Source: a bacterium (GTDB lineage: Bacteria; JAAXHH01). From it: a stretch of 64,000 nt of DNA. The stretch spans positions 123,858 through 187,857 of the forward strand of contig CBDAUD010000001.1 of NCBI GenBank assembly GCA_965200485.1, in the 5' to 3' direction. The position numbers and the translations under genes were made by a program. Below are positions 60,819 to 64,000 of this stretch, piece by piece. A model generated the notes under the pieces. It was not told the origin of the DNA. It made no database searches and saw only the letters and a list, made by a program, of their open reading frames with translations. Position 1 is the stretch's first letter. Each line of letters begins with the position of its first letter.

Positions 60819-62668
60819 TCGTCGCCGAGGATCTGACCTACAGCTACTCCCTTCAGCCCGGGCAAGCGGTTCCCACGCTGCGGGGCTTGTCCCTAGAGAT
60901 CGCCGAATCCGAAAGCCTGGCCGTAATCGGTCCCAACGGCTCGGGAAAGAGCACGCTCGCCCGCTGTCTCAACGGGTTGATCGTTCCCCAGTCGGGCCGT
61001 GTCCTGGTGGATGGTCTGGATACGGCCGAACCGGAAAACAAATGGCGGGTTCATCAGCGGGCCGGGATGATCTTTCAGCATCCGGACAATCAGCTGGTCT
61101 CGACCACGGTCGAACGGGAAGTGGCATTTGGACTTGAAAACCTCGGTCTGGCTTCCCGGGAGATTCACCATCGCGTCGCGTGGGCGCTCGACCGGTTTCA
61201 CCTGGAGAAATACCGCCACAATCCGCCGCACAGGTTGTCGGGTGGCGAAAAGCAGAGGCTGGCCATCGCTTCGGTGGCGGCGATGCGACCACGGTATCTG
61301 ATCTGCGACGAGCCCACCTCCTCGCTTGATCCCGCCGACCGGCGAGACGTGCTTGACCTCCTCCTGGCCATCGCGAACGAATACCGGTTGAGCGTGGTCT
61401 TCATCACCCAGTCGCCTGAGGAAGCAGCCAGGATGGATCGCATCGCGCTGGTGGTAGACGGTGAGGTCGTCGCGGCGGGAACGCCGGAGGAAGTATACCA
61501 GGGTTCGGAGCGCCTCGCGGGATACGGTCTCAGTGCACCGCTGGCCATTCGGCTGGCCGATGCCCTGCGCGAACGCGGATTGGAAGTGCCTGCCGATACC
61601 GCCCGACCCGAGTCCCTGGTACGGTGGATCTCGGAGCAGAAGCCGATGTCGCCGAAAACCGGGGAACCGGCGCAACCCGTTTCACCATCCGTTGCCCGTC
61701 CGCACGCACGCAACGCGGCATCTCCCGCAACGCGGGACGGAACACCTGTCGGACGGTCTTCCGGCGACCGACCCGGACCGCCCGTCATCGAGTTCGACCG
61801 GGTATGTCATACCTATGCGCCCGGTACTTCGCTGGAGATCGCGGCATTGCGCAATGTGACCACGCGGGTGTTTCCGGGAGAATGCGTGGCATTGACGGGG
61901 CCGAACGGCTCCGGAAAGTCCACGATGATTCAGCACCTCAATCGCCTGCTGAAAGCGGATTCGGGCACGGTTCGGGTCGTGGGCGCGGACGTATCCGCTC
62001 CGGATACCGACCTGCGGTTCCTGCGCCAGACGGTGGGGCTTGTTTTCCAGTTTCCCGAGGCCCAGTTGTTCGAGGAAACCGTGTTCGACGACGTGGCCTT
62101 CGGTCCCAGACAGTTCGGCACGAAAGAACCGGACATTCCCGGGATGGTGAACAGGGCGCTCCAGCGGGTCGGCCTCGATCCGGATCGGTTCTCGCACCGG
62201 CATCCCCTGTCCCTGAGCGGCGGAGAAAGGCGCCGGGCGGCGATCGCCGGGACGCTCGTCACCGAACCGGCCGTGCTCGCACTCGACGAGCCCACATCCG
62301 GCCTCGATCCGCGAAGCGCCGGCCAGGTAGAGACGATTCTCAAGGGCTATGGCGATACGGGGGCGACCGTGTTTCTGATCACGCATGACATGGATCTGAT
62401 CGCTCGCCTGGCGGACCGGATACTGGTCATGGAGCATGGCCGGATCTCGGCCGACGCCACGCCGCGCCGTCTATTCTCTTTGGCGCACGACGATGCTTCG
62501 CGGTCGCCGGGAAGGCCCGGGCTGAGCCGGCTGTTGACCGCACTGAGGGAGACCGGACTCCCCGTCGATACCGGCTGTGTGAACCTGGAAGAGGCCGCGG
62601 ACATGATCCGCGCATGCGTTTTCAACGGCAACCATCACGTCAAAACCGAGGACAACCGTACATGTTAG
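60815..62668 (+). CDS. ecfA: Energy-coupling factor transporter ATPase, fused EcfA1-EcfA2
   Basis: Two ABC domains: GPNGSGKST / FQHPDNQ / LSGGEKQR and GPNGSGKST / FQFPEAQLFEETV / LSGGERRR. Confidence 0.9.
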   Translation: MIVAEDLTYSYSLQPGQAVPTLRGLSLEIAESESLAVIGPNGSGKSTLARCLNGLIVPQSGRVLVDGLDTAEPENKWRVHQRAGMIFQHPDNQLVSTTVEREVAFGLENLGLASREIHHRVAWALDRFHLEKYRHNPPHRLSGGEKQRLAIASVAAMRPRYLICDEPTSSLDPADRRDVLDLLLAIANEYRLSVVFITQSPEEAARMDRIALVVDGEVVAAGTPEEVYQGSERLAGYGLSAPLAIRLADALRERGLEVPADTARPESLVRWISEQKPMSPKTGEPAQPVSPSVARPHARNAASPATRDGTPVGRSSGDRPGPPVIEFDRVCHTYAPGTSLEIAALRNVTTRVFPGECVALTGPNGSGKSTMIQHLNRLLKADSGTVRVVGADVSAPDTDLRFLRQTVGLVFQFPEAQLFEETVFDDVAFGPRQFGTKEPDIPGMVNRALQRVGLDPDRFSHRHPLSLSGGERRRAAIAGTLVTEPAVLALDEPTSGLDPRSAGQVETILKGYGDTGATVFLITHDMDLIARLADRILVMEHGRISADATPRRLFSLAHDDASRSPGRPGLSRLLTALRETGLPVDTGCVNLEEAADMIRACVFNGNHHVKTEDNRTC

Positions 62669-63555
62669 TCGATATTCATACCAACCTGATGTGGTATCCG
62701 GACCATATGTCCGACGAATTCGTGGAATTCGCCTATGCAGCCAAGAAGGCCAAGATGCGGCTGTCCGAAGACGTATACTACGCCGGCCACGAGGACCGGT
62801 ACAAAAACGCTTTCGACTCCACGCCCGAAACACTGCTGAAGGCGACCGAAGACTGCGACAAGGTGGTGGTATTCGGGCTCAGAGCACCCTACTGCGGGGT
62901 GAATGTACCCCAGGAACTCGTCGCGGAATTCGTGGCGAGACATGCTGACCGGTTCATCGGCTGGTGTTCAGTCGACCCGAACGACGAAGACGCCGTCGAA
63001 CAACTCGAATACAATGTCAACGTGCTTGGGCTGCGCGGATTGAAGGTGGCCCCGATTTACCAGCATTTCGATCCGCAGGACTCATCCTGTCTTCCGCTGT
63101 TCAGGAAAGCGGAAGCGCTGGACATCCCCGTGATCTGGCACCAGGGGACTTCCTTCGTGCGGCCGGGGCCGCTCAAGTGGGCCAACCCGATTCAACTGGA
63201 GGACATCGCGGTAGCGTGTCCCGACCTGCGCATGATGATCGCCCACATGGGACATCCTTGGGAGGACGAATGCGTGGTCCTGATCCGGAAGCATCCGAAT
63301 CTCTACGCGGACATTTCAGCGCTGCACTACCGCCCGCTCCGGCATTACATGGCGTTCATGTCCGCCCTGGAGTATGGGGTGGAACACAAGTTGATTTTCG
63401 GTTCCGACTTCCCCTCTGCCACGCCTGCGCAAGTCATCGCGGGACAGTGGAAGGTGAATGATATAGTGCGGAATACGTCCTTGCCCGTGTTTCCAGAAGA
63501 AGCCATTCACAATATGATCTATGAAAACTGGAAACCGTTTTTGGGGGAGCCCTAA
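62662..63555 (+). CDS. Amidohydrolase 2 family protein
   Basis: VDIHTN, RGLK, IWHQG, AHMGHPW, NLYADIS and FGSDFP. Confidence 0.85.
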   Translation: MLVDIHTNLMWYPDHMSDEFVEFAYAAKKAKMRLSEDVYYAGHEDRYKNAFDSTPETLLKATEDCDKVVVFGLRAPYCGVNVPQELVAEFVARHADRFIGWCSVDPNDEDAVEQLEYNVNVLGLRGLKVAPIYQHFDPQDSSCLPLFRKAEALDIPVIWHQGTSFVRPGPLKWANPIQLEDIAVACPDLRMMIAHMGHPWEDECVVLIRKHPNLYADISALHYRPLRHYMAFMSALEYGVEHKLIFGSDFPSATPAQVIAGQWKVNDIVRNTSLPVFPEEAIHNMIYENWKPFLGEP

Positions 63556-63588
63556 AAAAACCGGGACAACCCTTTCGGGCCGCCCCGG
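63554..63588 (-). terminator. Intrinsic terminator after pal
   Basis: Minus strand CCGGGGCGGCCC-GAAA-GGGTTGTCCCGG followed by T7. Confidence 0.8.
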
Positions 63589-63628
63589 TCTTGTGAAACC
63601 GGACGGACGATGCGGAGCGGCCGGCCGC

Positions 63629-64000
63629 TTATTTGCGCATCAACTCCACGCGTCGGTTCTTCGCCCAGGCGCTTTCATTGTCACCCATGACCGCCGGTTT
63701 CTCCTTGCCGAAACTGACGGTTTCGATGCGGCCTTCGGCCACGCCGGCATCCACGAGGTACGTCTTGACCGCCTGGGCACGTCTTTCGCCCAGCGCCAAG
63801 TTGTATTCGATCGTACCCCGCTCATCGCAATGGCCCTCGACAACCACCGCGTCTTCGGGCTGATACTCCCGCAACTTGCGGGCGTTGTCATCCATGGCCG
63901 ATCGCTGGTCATCCCTGATGTTCGCCAGGTCGTACCCAAAGTAGATGGTTGCCAGGGACATCATCTCCCTGTGCCGGGCCTCGGCCGCGAGACGCGCTTC
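63629..64000 (-). CDS. pal: Peptidoglycan-associated lipoprotein Pal (OmpA-like); N-terminus outside the window
   Basis: IYFGYD, EGHCDERGTIEYNLALGERRA, SFGKEKP and WAKNRR. Confidence 0.93.
   Translation of the reverse strand, partial: EARLAAEARHREMMSLATIYFGYDLANIRDDQRSAMDDNARKLREYQPEDAVVVEGHCDERGTIEYNLALGERRAQAVKTYLVDAGVAEGRIETVSFGKEKPAVMGDNESAWAKNRRVELMRK

Overview
This is a 64-kb chromosomal window from a GC-rich diderm bacterium (it has Pal, a Bat/MoxR cluster and a sigma54 promoter); the taxon cannot be fixed from sequence alone. Most of it is housekeeping or envelope function: hemW-lepB-lepA; an ECF sigma/anti-sigma pair divergent from DUF6249-like and PspC genes; surE and a sulfotransferase; a ~20-kb minus-strand run (groES-groEL, FmdB, moxR, DUF58, Gld-like ABC, DUF4340, batABC, aspartokinase/homoserine dehydrogenase/asd, batDE); argRCBDHA with tandem ARG boxes; moaC; heme o synthase; pentose-phosphate genes; tRNA-Glu; larB-larC-ecfA and a partial pal. 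The best candidate for a new system is a tight two-gene cassette at 32053-36048. It pairs a Ppl/TrlF-like PHP-phosphoesterase/SMC-type ABC ATPase carrying altered PHP metal motifs with a Schlafen(AlbA_2)-HATPase protein, and looks like an ATPase-sensor plus RNase-effector anti-phage system (inference). Other points of interest: a split thrA inserted in the bat operon, a sigma54-type groESL promoter with upstream palindromes and no CIRCE, twin back-to-back ECF promoters, a nucleotidyltransferase with a duplicated helical domain, a LarC with a degenerate N-terminal half, and two small membrane ORFs likely to be missed by annotation. No CRISPR array, rRNA, transposase or integrase was seen. All family calls come from motif recognition, not database searches.
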